The position numbers and the translations under genes are program-made. Shown here piece after piece: positions 8,424-17,780 of a DNA stretch of 36,036 bases. Positions within the stretch are counted from its first letter, which is position 1. Each line of letters opens with the position of its first letter. Below the pieces are notes generated by a model, which worked only from the letters and a program-made list of their open reading frames with translations, was not told the DNA's origin and searched no databases. The DNA is from Candidatus Omnitrophota bacterium (lineage in GTDB: Bacteria > Omnitrophota > Omnitrophia > Omnitrophales > Aquincolibacteriaceae): positions 1 through 36,036 of the forward strand of contig JAZDJU010000014.1 in the NCBI GenBank assembly GCA_043803685.1. The letters run 5' to 3'.

Positions 8424-10118
8424 ATGCCGGAGTTTGAGTCGAAAGTTGAAGGTTCAGACGGGGGAGAGATCGATCTCCGGGATGCCTTCCACAAGTTGAT
8501 TAAGCATCGCCGGACGATTCTGACCGTGACTGGCATCTGCCTCGTGGTCTCTTTGATTTATTCGTTCACGGCCCTGCCCATCTATAGTGCCACGACCCGA
8601 ATTCTTGTCGAAGCCAAACCTCCGAAGATTGTCAAGGTGGAGGATGTTATTCTTCCGGACTACACCGATCGCACTAATTTCTTTAATTCCCAGGTTGAGA
8701 TCCTGAAAAGCCGTTCTGTGGCTGAGGTCGTTCTTGGGAATCTCGGGAAATACGAGCCGTGGGACCGGCGCGGCAAGCCCGCCGAAAAACTGAAGCCGAT
8801 CACTTCCGGTGAGATCGTTGATTTCATAACTAAGCACGTCAAGATCTCTCCTGTGCGTATGACGATGGTCATCAAGATTGAGGTGGAGGATCCGGACGCG
8901 GCCCTTGCCGCCAAGATCGCCAATGACTGGGCCCGGGCCTACGTGCTTTTCTCCTCACAGGACCAACAGCTCCAGCGCCGTAGTGAGCTTGAGGCGGATC
9001 TCGCTCAACAGTTGAAATACATGAAGGAAAAGCATCCCGTTATTGTGGGGCTGAAAAATGAGATCGCCGCGATCAATGAGAAGATCGCCGCTGAACAGAA
9101 AGCCGGGAAGCTTGGTCAGACCGCGTCCGGGTATGACATCACCAACGTCAAAGTCCTGGAGCGCGCCCACGCGCCGCTGAAACCCGCCCGGCCCCGAAAA
9201 CTTCTCAATCTTATGTTGGCGCTTCTACTTGGCCTGCTTGCGGGCGCCGGTCTGGCGTTTCTGTTTGAATCGTTGGATCAAACCTTGAGATCGGCGGCGG
9301 ATCTTGAAATGTTCCTCAAATTGTTCTGTCTCGCGCAGGTGCCCACGCATGTGATCGAAAAAGATCATCCCGAGGCGAGTCCTCAATTTGTGACGGAAGT
9401 GTCCCGCCACTCTCCCATGGCCGAGGCCTTCCGGAGCCTCCGGACCGGGATCATTTACAGCAACCCCGACCTTCCCAAGAGAACATTTCTTGTGACGAGC
9501 GCCACACCTTCTGAAGGGAAAACGACCGTGGCCGTCAACCTTGCCATTGTTTTTGCACAAGCCGAGGAGAAAGTGCTTTTGGTGGATACCGACCTTCGCC
9601 GGCCTTGTCTCCACTCTCTTTTTCAGGTGGACCGTTCCAATGGCGTGATCGACATGTTGGCGTTCGACCGCTCCGACGTTCATTCCCTGGTTCATAAGAC
9701 GAGCATTAAGGGTCTCGATCTTCTGACTTGCGGGGAAGTGCCGCCCAATCCGTCAGAACTCTTGGGCTCTCAGAAAATGGAAGAGATCATCAAGAAGTTC
9801 TCCTCGATTTATGATCGTATCATTTTTGACACGCCTCCGATCCTGGCGGCGACTGATGCCATCGTGCTTTCGACCAAGGTAGATTCTGTGATCCTGGTCA
9901 TCAAGGCCGGAGCGACGCACCGTTATGCTGCGCAGCGATGTGTCCACGCTCTCAGGTCCGTGAACGCGCGAGTGGGAGGCGCGGTGCTTAATATGATCGA
10001 TCCTGATCAGCGAGGGCCGTATGATTATTATTACCACTACGGCGAGAACGCGAACCCGAAGAATAAGAAGAAGTTCATCAAAGTAAATCTCCAGAAGCAA
10101 ACAGGCCCAGGGGCCTGA
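8424..10118 (+). CDS. wzc: polysaccharide co-polymerase / tyrosine autokinase (Wzc-like)
   Basis: EIDLRD Wzz-type N-terminus, two TM helices, Pro-rich PLKPARPRK, AEAFRSLRT, Walker A SATPSEGKTT, A' LVDTDLRRP, Walker B IIFDTPP and Tyr cluster PYDYYYHY. Confidence 0.93.
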   Translation: MPEFESKVEGSDGGEIDLRDAFHKLIKHRRTILTVTGICLVVSLIYSFTALPIYSATTRILVEAKPPKIVKVEDVILPDYTDRTNFFNSQVEILKSRSVAEVVLGNLGKYEPWDRRGKPAEKLKPITSGEIVDFITKHVKISPVRMTMVIKIEVEDPDAALAAKIANDWARAYVLFSSQDQQLQRRSELEADLAQQLKYMKEKHPVIVGLKNEIAAINEKIAAEQKAGKLGQTASGYDITNVKVLERAHAPLKPARPRKLLNLMLALLLGLLAGAGLAFLFESLDQTLRSAADLEMFLKLFCLAQVPTHVIEKDHPEASPQFVTEVSRHSPMAEAFRSLRTGIIYSNPDLPKRTFLVTSATPSEGKTTVAVNLAIVFAQAEEKVLLVDTDLRRPCLHSLFQVDRSNGVIDMLAFDRSDVHSLVHKTSIKGLDLLTCGEVPPNPSELLGSQKMEEIIKKFSSIYDRIIFDTPPILAATDAIVLSTKVDSVILVIKAGATHRYAAQRCVHALRSVNARVGGAVLNMIDPDQRGPYDYYYHYGENANPKNKKKFIKVNLQKQTGPGA

Positions 10119-10126
10119 GCTTCTCC

Positions 10127-11578
10127 ATGCTTTTGACGCTTGCCGAGGGGCTCCTGTTCTTGGCGCTGATCGCGGCGCCTCTCCTCTACGGTTCTGTCCA
10201 CTTCCTGTCTTTGATCTTTCTTGCTTTCCTCGGTGTGCTGACGTTCAACATGGTGGGGATGGTCCGGCCTGAGTCTTTCGCTCGAGCCTTACGTACGCCT
10301 TGGACTTGGCTAGGGATCGCGATCGGGGCTGTTATCCTGACGCAGTTCATTCCGATGCCCGTGGAATGGATTCGCAAGATATCGCCTGAGACTTATCGTT
10401 TTTACGAACTCTATTTCCCGGGAGGTGTGAAGCCAGGAAGCTATTTCACATTGTCCGTTTGTCCCGGTGAAACCGTTCGAGGGCTGATCCAGTTCCTGAC
10501 TTACGGTCTTTTTTTTCTAAGCGTCTGGATGTGTCTTGCTTCCGTTCCTGCCGCGCCGGCGGCAGAGGTTCATCCGGTCAGTTGGAAAAAATCAGAATTT
10601 TTAAAACTGGGTTGCCTGACAGGGATCCTAGCGCTTCTTTTTCACAGCATCTACGACTTCAATCTGCACATTTCGGCTAATGGAATCTACTTCGTCACGC
10701 TTTTGGCGCTTGGGGCCGGCGCCTCGGACAGGGTTTACGATCACGCGTTCTTCCGGCGAGTGGTCGATTTCTTCATCACCTTTGGCTTCCTTGTCGCGCT
10801 TTTCGCGATCCTTCAAAAGTTCAGCCACAACGGGCGCATCTTCTGGGTTGGTATGAAGGCCTCTAAACCCGTTGGACCTTATTTTAATTATGACCATTAC
10901 GCTGGATTTATGGAGATGTGCAGTGCCGTGGCGGTTGGTAAGGTCGTTGCGAGTTTTTTTCACACCTCTTTTGCTCATTGCAAAGGGCTTGCCCAAAAGA
11001 TCTTCTGGTTTTCGACCCGTGAGGCTCACCAGGCACTGCGTTGTCTTTTAATGTCCGCAGTTATGATCGCGACGATCTTCATGTCGACTTCGCGCGGAGG
11101 GATCATGAGTTTTGCTCTTAGCCAGATCTTTTTTTTCTCGGTCTTTCTCTGGACGGCCGGTCGACAGCGAAAAGGCAAGAGATGGGCGGGGGTCGTGACG
11201 GCAGGGATGCTTTTTGTGGGCGTGATGGTCCTTTGGCTTGGGCCCGAGACTCTCTTAAAGAAAATCCATATGACTTCGGTCGAAAAGATCATCAAGATGG
11301 AAAGCTCAGATTCTATCCGCATCCATTTTTATAAAGGAACGCTTCTCGTGATCCGCGACTTCCCTGTTATTGGTACGGGGCTTGGAACTTTTGGTACTAA
11401 TTTTACTCGCTATCGTTCCTTTAAATATTTTGGAGGGCCAACCAATTATTTACGACGCACTCATAACGACTATCTTGAGCTTGTCTCCGAAACCGGGATC
11501 GCGGGAGTTCTTTTCCTTCTTGGTTTTCTGATTCTTTATTTGCGCGCCGTCATCCTTGTTGTGAGGAAGCTCGAATGA
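10127..11578 (+). CDS. O-antigen ligase / O-oligosaccharyltransferase family membrane protein (Wzy_C), apparently internally permuted
   Basis: GPYFNYDHYAGF, STSRGG, DFPVIGTGLGTF and THNDYLELVSETG motifs; multiple TM helices. Confidence 0.85.
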   Translation: MLLTLAEGLLFLALIAAPLLYGSVHFLSLIFLAFLGVLTFNMVGMVRPESFARALRTPWTWLGIAIGAVILTQFIPMPVEWIRKISPETYRFYELYFPGGVKPGSYFTLSVCPGETVRGLIQFLTYGLFFLSVWMCLASVPAAPAAEVHPVSWKKSEFLKLGCLTGILALLFHSIYDFNLHISANGIYFVTLLALGAGASDRVYDHAFFRRVVDFFITFGFLVALFAILQKFSHNGRIFWVGMKASKPVGPYFNYDHYAGFMEMCSAVAVGKVVASFFHTSFAHCKGLAQKIFWFSTREAHQALRCLLMSAVMIATIFMSTSRGGIMSFALSQIFFFSVFLWTAGRQRKGKRWAGVVTAGMLFVGVMVLWLGPETLLKKIHMTSVEKIIKMESSDSIRIHFYKGTLLVIRDFPVIGTGLGTFGTNFTRYRSFKYFGGPTNYLRRTHNDYLELVSETGIAGVLFLLGFLILYLRAVILVVRKLE

Positions 11579-12273
11579 GGACTTTTGTGATCGGTGATAT
11601 CCATGGTGCCTATAAGGCCCTCCTTCAGTGCTTTGCGCGGTCCGGGTTTGAACGCGAGAGGGATCATCTTATCGTTTTGGGCGATGTGTGCGACGTTTAT
11701 CCGGAAGTTCGCGAGTGTATGGACGAACTCATCGCGCTCAAACATTGCGATTTCATCATTGGGAATCATGATTTGTGGGCTCTCGATTGGGCGACCCGGG
11801 GATTAAAGCCTACAATGTGGCTCGAGCAGGGGGGCGAGGCGACGATACGTTCCTATGGAGGAGGCCCGGTGCTGGCTGCGCACGTGGATTTTCTCAACAA
11901 GGCGCACCCCTGGCTTGAGATCGATGGCCGTGCTTTTGTCCACGCGGGGTTCGATCCGGACCGTCCTTTGAAGGGGCAAAGTCTCAAAACCCTGGCTTGG
12001 GACCGCTGTCTTTTGCGCAGGGCTCTGGAGGACGGGGTATCCGGGCGCAGTCATCAGATCGGATGCTACAAGGAGATCTTTCTCGGCCACACTCCGATCG
12101 GGATCCTGCATGACTCGGTGCCTCAACACGTGTGCAATGTCTGGGCCATGGATACCGGAGCCGGTTGGTCGGGGCCTCTTACGATCATGGATGTGGACAC
12201 GAAAGAATTCTGGCAGTCCGATCCGACACCCTCTCTTTACGGTGTTAAAGGTCGGCAGAAAGGCGAGGGTTAA
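11575..12273 (+). CDS. calcineurin-like (PPP family) metallophosphoesterase / protein phosphatase
   Basis: GDIHG, GDVCD, GNHD, FVHAG, GHTP and DTGAG motifs; ATGA overlap with the upstream gene. Confidence 0.9.
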   Translation: MRTFVIGDIHGAYKALLQCFARSGFERERDHLIVLGDVCDVYPEVRECMDELIALKHCDFIIGNHDLWALDWATRGLKPTMWLEQGGEATIRSYGGGPVLAAHVDFLNKAHPWLEIDGRAFVHAGFDPDRPLKGQSLKTLAWDRCLLRRALEDGVSGRSHQIGCYKEIFLGHTPIGILHDSVPQHVCNVWAMDTGAGWSGPLTIMDVDTKEFWQSDPTPSLYGVKGRQKGEG

Positions 12274-12274
12274 C

Positions 12275-12679
12275 ATGAGGACCGTTCTTTTCGCCTTGAG
12301 TTTTTGCTTCATAGTGCTTCTTGTTTGCGCCGGGAGCGCGGAGCTTCTCTTTCTGCAGGGGAAGTCCGGACGCAACATCGAACTTCTCAAGACAGCTGAG
12401 AAACTCAATCCGCTTGCTTCTGATCATGCTTATGAAGTCTACCGGTTGACAGGAGATCTCGGGGCGCTTCGCCGTGCGATGAGCCTTGAATCCACGCGCC
12501 CTGCTTATCACATGTATTATGGCCTGTCGCTTCTCAAATCAAAGCCCCGCACCCGCTCTAGTGATAAGGAAGCCGTTACTGAGATCTGCAAAGCCGCCAG
12601 TCTTAAGCCTTACAGCCGTCAATACAAGGCCACTTGCGAAGAATACAAAAAAGTGATCCCTGTTCCGGCGGGTTTATAG
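12275..12679 (+). CDS. small membrane-anchored TPR-like helical protein
   Basis: ATG at 12275 after GAGGG; N-terminal hydrophobic segment; TPR-like repeats (AEKLNPLASD, AMSLESTRPAYHMYYG, AASLKPYS). Confidence 0.65.
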   Translation: MRTVLFALSFCFIVLLVCAGSAELLFLQGKSGRNIELLKTAEKLNPLASDHAYEVYRLTGDLGALRRAMSLESTRPAYHMYYGLSLLKSKPRTRSSDKEAVTEICKAASLKPYSRQYKATCEEYKKVIPVPAGL

Positions 12680-12701
12680 CTTTCGTGGTACAGTTCATGC
12701 C

Positions 12702-13703
12702 ATGTCCAGGGAGGTTTGTATTGTGACAAAAAAGCATAAAAACATTCTGCTAACTGGCGCTGCGGGTTTTATTGCCGCACGGACGGGGGAGTTTCTTCTT
12801 GAACGGGGTTTTCGTGTTGTCGGCATCGACAACATGAATGATTATTATGATGTCCGCCTTAAGAACTATCGGTTGGGACGTCTCAAAAAGAACGATCGTT
12901 TTTCATTCTATCGTCTGGACATCGAGGATCGGCCTGCTCTTAGCCGCATTTTTAAAAAGCACCGGTTCGATGCTGTCCTGAATCTTGCGGCCCGGGCTGG
13001 TGTTAGATACAGCCTCGAAAATCCGCATGTCTATATGACAACCAATGCTGGGGGAACGCTCAATCTTCTGGAACAATGTCGCGCGAATCAAATTAAGAAA
13101 TTCGTCCTGGCATCTTCTTCGTCTCTTTATGCCGGACAAAAGTTGCCTTTTAAGGAGACGCTTCTCGTGAATACGCCCATCTCTCCTTATACTGCGAGTA
13201 AAAAAGCGGCTGAAGAAATGGCCTATGTATATCACTATCTCTACGGGATCGACGTTACGATCCTCCGGTATTTTACCGTCTATGGCCCCGCAGGTCGCCC
13301 AGACATGAGTCCATTCCGTTTTATCAAGTGGGTTGCCGAGGGAACGCCGATACGGCTCTTTGGAGATGGCTCTCAGCGCCGTGATTTTACCTATGTCGAT
13401 GATATTGCCCGTGGAACTGTGAGTGCTCTCAAAAGAACAGGTTTCAAGATCATTAACCTTGGGGGGCATGATGCCTATGAGGTGAGGCATATGATCCGTT
13501 TGATCGAGAATAGGCTTGGGAAGAAAGCCATGATTGAATGCCAGCCATTTCAGAAAGTTGACATGAAAGCCACTCAGGCCGATATCACCGAAGCCCACAA
13601 GATACTCCGGTGGTCCCCCAAGATCAGTCTAGAAGAAGGCATCCGGCGCGCTACCGATTGGTATCTTGAGAATCGATCATGGTTGTCCAAGGTAAAGGTT
13701 TAG
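12702..13703 (+). CDS. NAD-dependent nucleotide-sugar epimerase (UDP-glucuronate 4-epimerase-like)
   Basis: TGAAGFIA, DNMNDYYDVRLK, LAARAGVRYSLENP, YTASK and RYFTVYGPAGRPDM motifs. Start could be the GTG at 12723. Confidence 0.9.
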   Translation: MSREVCIVTKKHKNILLTGAAGFIAARTGEFLLERGFRVVGIDNMNDYYDVRLKNYRLGRLKKNDRFSFYRLDIEDRPALSRIFKKHRFDAVLNLAARAGVRYSLENPHVYMTTNAGGTLNLLEQCRANQIKKFVLASSSSLYAGQKLPFKETLLVNTPISPYTASKKAAEEMAYVYHYLYGIDVTILRYFTVYGPAGRPDMSPFRFIKWVAEGTPIRLFGDGSQRRDFTYVDDIARGTVSALKRTGFKIINLGGHDAYEVRHMIRLIENRLGKKAMIECQPFQKVDMKATQADITEAHKILRWSPKISLEEGIRRATDWYLENRSWLSKVKV

Positions 13704-13763
13704 AGCCATGGCGAAAGGGATATCCTGGCAATTTGAGAAAATAAGTCTGCGGCTGAAACGACT

Positions 13764-15287
13764 ATGATCAAAACCAATTTCAAAAAGCAATTACCACTTA
13801 ATCTCTTCTCAAACGTAGGGTATTTTGCCCTTAACGTTGTTGTTGGAATATGGATGGTGCCGTATCTGATCAGACACCTTGGCGTTGCGGGCTATGGCTT
13901 TATTCCGTTGGCGTCGTCGGCAACAGCTTATGTTAGCCTCATTACGCTTGCCTTGAATGGAGCGGTTTCTCGGTTTCTTGTGATCGCTCTACATAAGAAT
14001 GATATTGATGGGGCTAACAAAATTTTCAATACCGCATTCTGGTCGCTTGCCCTTCTGTTGGTGATTCTTGTGCCTTTATCCGGCGTGTTTTCCTGGTTAA
14101 CTCCAAGAATATTTAACGTGCCTGTAAATTTAACATCCCAAGTGCAGTGGCTCTTTTTTTTGATGCTGCTTTCATTTATTGTTTCTGTGTTCTCTTCGGT
14201 GTTTTCCGTTTCAACTTTCGCCCACAACCGCCTTGATCTTCGTAATCTCGTTGATATGAGCAATATCTCCGTCAGGACGGCGCTCGTCGTATCGCTCTTT
14301 GTTTTTCTTTCGATAAGTCTGGTCAGCGTCGGGGTCGCGTATCTCGTTGGCGGATTGATGTCTTTGGGACTCGGATATTTCCTTTTCAGGAAGTTGACGC
14401 CACTGTTGAAGATCTCGCGCCAATATTTTGATTTTTCAAGATTGAGAGAGCTCACGTCCATGGGGGGGTGGTTGGTTGTTGACCAGATCGGATCGTTGTT
14501 GTTTTTACAGGTAGACCTTATGGTAGCTAATATTCTTTTTGGGGCGCATAAGGCGGGCCAATATGGGGCGATCCTTCAATGGAGTTTTCTTTTGCGTTCC
14601 TTGGCCGGGGTGATTGCGAGTGTTTTGACGCCTATGGTTTTTATCAGCCACGCGAAGGATGAAACTCAAAGAATCGTCAGCATGTCCCAGCGTGCAGTCA
14701 AATTCATGGGGTTGGGGATCGCGGTGCCAGTTGGGCTTTTATGCGGCTTTGCCGTGCCGCTACTTACCCTTTGGCTGGGGCAAGATTACGCACCTTTTGC
14801 TTCGCTTTTGTGGGTATTGACCTTCCATCTAGTCGTTAACCTTGCGGTATTGCCATTGTTCGCCATTAATAATGCGCTAAATCGAGTCAAGATTCCGGGT
14901 CGGGTGACGCTCGTTATGGGGACAGGGAATCTCTTTTTGGCCGTTATTCTTGCCAAGTTTTGCGGCTGGGGGTTATACGGGATCGCTGCCGCTGGGGCGA
15001 TCACGCTGACCTTGAAAAACACGTTTTTTATTCCGATATATGCAGCGCACATTCTTAAACTATCTAGCATGACTTTTCTCAAGCCTATCAGCCGAGGGAT
15101 CCTTTTGGCCGGGATCAGCATGGCGATAGGCTGGATATTTAGCCACACAATAATGATAGATGGATGGCCCAAATTGCTTTTGATGGGTGGGCTGGCCTTT
15201 CTGTTTGCGGTCACTGTTGGGTTTGGGTTGTTAGGTAAAGACAGAGGTTCTCTGAGGTCAGCCTTTGCTGTCAGGAGCCAGGAATGA
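13764..15287 (+). CDS. wzx: oligosaccharide flippase (Wzx, MATE-like)
   Basis: About 14 TM helices; VPYLIRHLGVAGYG, QVDLMVANILFG..AGQYG and LLTLWLG patterns; polysaccharide-cluster context. Confidence 0.88.
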   Translation: MIKTNFKKQLPLNLFSNVGYFALNVVVGIWMVPYLIRHLGVAGYGFIPLASSATAYVSLITLALNGAVSRFLVIALHKNDIDGANKIFNTAFWSLALLLVILVPLSGVFSWLTPRIFNVPVNLTSQVQWLFFLMLLSFIVSVFSSVFSVSTFAHNRLDLRNLVDMSNISVRTALVVSLFVFLSISLVSVGVAYLVGGLMSLGLGYFLFRKLTPLLKISRQYFDFSRLRELTSMGGWLVVDQIGSLLFLQVDLMVANILFGAHKAGQYGAILQWSFLLRSLAGVIASVLTPMVFISHAKDETQRIVSMSQRAVKFMGLGIAVPVGLLCGFAVPLLTLWLGQDYAPFASLLWVLTFHLVVNLAVLPLFAINNALNRVKIPGRVTLVMGTGNLFLAVILAKFCGWGLYGIAAAGAITLTLKNTFFIPIYAAHILKLSSMTFLKPISRGILLAGISMAIGWIFSHTIMIDGWPKLLLMGGLAFLFAVTVGFGLLGKDRGSLRSAFAVRSQE

Positions 15288-16411
15288 AAACCGTATTGTT
15301 TTCAGGCTACTATGGTCAAAGGAATACAGGTGATGACGCTTTTTGTGTTGTGGCTGCTTGGGGAGCGAAAAAATATTGGCATGCAGAGAAGATAGCCTTT
15401 TTATCATCGACTGTGCCTGAATTAACCGTTCCCGCCAACTGCGTATTACCCGTGAAGCAATGTTTTAAGGGGCAACGGCTATTGTGGAGTATTTTATCTT
15501 CGATCCAAGCCAAGAACATTGTCTATTTGGGTGGTTCACTGTTTCACCAAAGACCAAAAAGTCTCGCCTCACAGTTTTTTTACGGACGATCAATTGGCAG
15601 TAAAAATAAGAAAGTTTCCGCAGTGGGTGTTTCTTTAGGGCCGTTTCATGGCAAAGAAGATCGTGCTTATATTAGATCGGTATTAAATAACATGGTGTTC
15701 TTGTCTGTTCGAGATGAAGCGTCCTACCAAATTGCACAGGAGATGCGATTAGATGTCCCGACCGTGAAGTCGTTTGATCCTGCAGTTTTATTGCCGTTAG
15801 TTTATGGGGAGGGTTTCCTTAGTTCGGAGAATCAAAGAAAAGATAGGCCTGTGTTGGGAATCAGCCTATGTCACTTTGAACGTTTTGTTTGTAGGGATGT
15901 TTCTACCGAACAGCGACGTGAGAAAATTATCCTGGAGGCATTAAAGGAACTGGTCAAGAACCATGAAGTTGCTCTAAAATTCTTTATTTTTAATGACCAT
16001 CCTGATTTAGGTGACGCCGAGTTAACGAATAGAATCGTAGGCGCTCTGGAGGGGTATCCTTTTGTTGACATAGTGCCATACTCATTAAATCCTGGGCAAA
16101 CCTTAAAGGCTGCTAAAGGATGTGATGCTTTCCTTGGAGTTCGGCTCCATGCCGCCATTTTTGCTTATACGGTAGGCATTCCTTTTGCACTTGTGGAGTA
16201 CCACAGGAAGTGTAGCGATTTCTTGGATGAAATAGGTTACAAGGAGGAATTTCGCATCCCTTCTGATGGAGGCTCGGTAAAGAATATGGTAAGAATATTG
16301 GAGTGTTTATTGGCAAAAGAAAGGGTAATTTCTCTTTTCAATATGAAGTTGGCGGAGGCTCAAGAGCTGTCTTTGCTGAATTTTGCGGAAGCCCCTGGGT
16401 TACGTGAGTGA
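15284..16411 (+). CDS. polysaccharide pyruvyl transferase family protein (CsaB/WcaK-like)
   Basis: SGYYGQRNTGDDA, GGSLF, GVSLGPF, SVRDEAS, FDPA and GVRLHAAIFA motifs. Confidence 0.9.
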   Translation: MKTVLFSGYYGQRNTGDDAFCVVAAWGAKKYWHAEKIAFLSSTVPELTVPANCVLPVKQCFKGQRLLWSILSSIQAKNIVYLGGSLFHQRPKSLASQFFYGRSIGSKNKKVSAVGVSLGPFHGKEDRAYIRSVLNNMVFLSVRDEASYQIAQEMRLDVPTVKSFDPAVLLPLVYGEGFLSSENQRKDRPVLGISLCHFERFVCRDVSTEQRREKIILEALKELVKNHEVALKFFIFNDHPDLGDAELTNRIVGALEGYPFVDIVPYSLNPGQTLKAAKGCDAFLGVRLHAAIFAYTVGIPFALVEYHRKCSDFLDEIGYKEEFRIPSDGGSVKNMVRILECLLAKERVISLFNMKLAEAQELSLLNFAEAPGLRE

Positions 16412-16460
16412 ATATGTTAAATGTAGCTGCTGCTATCTTCGAAGTTAGCAACGAGGAACG

Positions 16461-17780
16461 GTGAGTGTTGTCTTGAAAAAGATGCCCAGGATTCTTGATG
16501 TCGGAAGCCAGGATGGCGCGGTTCGATCTCGCTCTTGCTACTGGAAAAGCCTGCTATTAGTCGTTTTGGCATTCCTTGTCGGATTCGCGAACGCTAAAGG
16601 CTATTTGCAGCTATTAGATTTACAGTTTTTATCGAGGCTGCTTACAGCCATGCTGGTCTTCATTCTTTTTCTTTCTAGCCTTACCTTGCTAAAATCAAAA
16701 GGAACGCCTTTAAAATACATTGTTCCTTTGTTTGTTCTTGTTCTTTCGAAATATGCTTGGTTGTACTTTGTAAATCCCGGACTCTTTTCTGTTTCCGGTC
16801 CGGAAGTTAATACGAATTTTGCGCAAGGCTATTATCTCTTCCACACTTCTTATCGTGGGGAGGTTTTTTATCTCCTCATAGGCTTCTTTTTATGTTGCGT
16901 TGTCGCGCGAGGGGCAAACTCTTTTCGCGAACTTAGATGGATTGTTGGCGCGTTGGTTCTAGGTAGCGGCATAGCCCCATTAATAGGTTTTTTCTTTTTC
17001 CACCAGATGGTTGGGTTTCGCGAGACGATGGTTGACGGCATTTTGTTTCCTGGAGGCTTTTGGAATTCTTCCGTTATTTCTTTTATTTCAGTGTTTTGGC
17101 TAGCGGTTGCAGTGATGCCGTACGCGTCAAAGCTGGGGTCTTGGATTTTAAAAATCTTTTTGTTTTTTATTACGATGGGAGCACTGGTTGGGCTATCGAG
17201 AGCTGCTCTTGTGTCAATGAGCATATCGTCAATGGTTTATCTCGTTATGGCAAGGGAAGGAAGGGCGAGGATTAAATTAACAATCTTTTTTCTCCTTATT
17301 ATTTTGATTTGCCTTCTCTTTTTCAGCAATGTTGTCGGTGATTTTCAGTCGAGATTTATTGAAAAGGCGACTCTTGCTGATGAATTAAGACTTCAAATCT
17401 GGATGGGGTATCTTTCAAATTTTTCGCAATACTGGATGTCAGGTATGGGGGAAGATGGGTATTTGGCCTTTTCAGCGACGCGGCAAGGTGCTCACTCTAT
17501 TATTTTAAGCTATTTAGTTCGTTTTGGTTTTTTGGGGGTAGTTTTTTTTCTTTGGTTGCTCTACGGCGTTTGGGTGTCAATTGTAAAGATACAAAAAGCA
17601 TTTCCTTCGAAAGCTATAGCAGCGATTTGTGCGTGGTTGACGGCCTATTTGTGTTTGGTCACCTATAACGAAACTGGCTTTGCTGAGATTGGTTTGTATA
17701 TGCCCTTGGGATTATTATTGGCTTGGGGAGAAATTGCATCCCGGTATGGACTGTGTTCCGAAACCTGCGGGGGGAGATAA
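16461..17780 (+). CDS. polysaccharide polymerase Wzy / O-antigen ligase-like membrane protein
   Basis: Very hydrophobic, about 10-12 TM helices, AT-rich; GLSRAA, RLQIW and GAHSIILSYLVRFGFLG Wzy_C-like motifs; lies among the GT genes. Confidence 0.75.
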   Translation: MSVVLKKMPRILDVGSQDGAVRSRSCYWKSLLLVVLAFLVGFANAKGYLQLLDLQFLSRLLTAMLVFILFLSSLTLLKSKGTPLKYIVPLFVLVLSKYAWLYFVNPGLFSVSGPEVNTNFAQGYYLFHTSYRGEVFYLLIGFFLCCVVARGANSFRELRWIVGALVLGSGIAPLIGFFFFHQMVGFRETMVDGILFPGGFWNSSVISFISVFWLAVAVMPYASKLGSWILKIFLFFITMGALVGLSRAALVSMSISSMVYLVMAREGRARIKLTIFFLLIILICLLFFSNVVGDFQSRFIEKATLADELRLQIWMGYLSNFSQYWMSGMGEDGYLAFSATRQGAHSIILSYLVRFGFLGVVFFLWLLYGVWVSIVKIQKAFPSKAIAAICAWLTAYLCLVTYNETGFAEIGLYMPLGLLLAWGEIASRYGLCSETCGGR

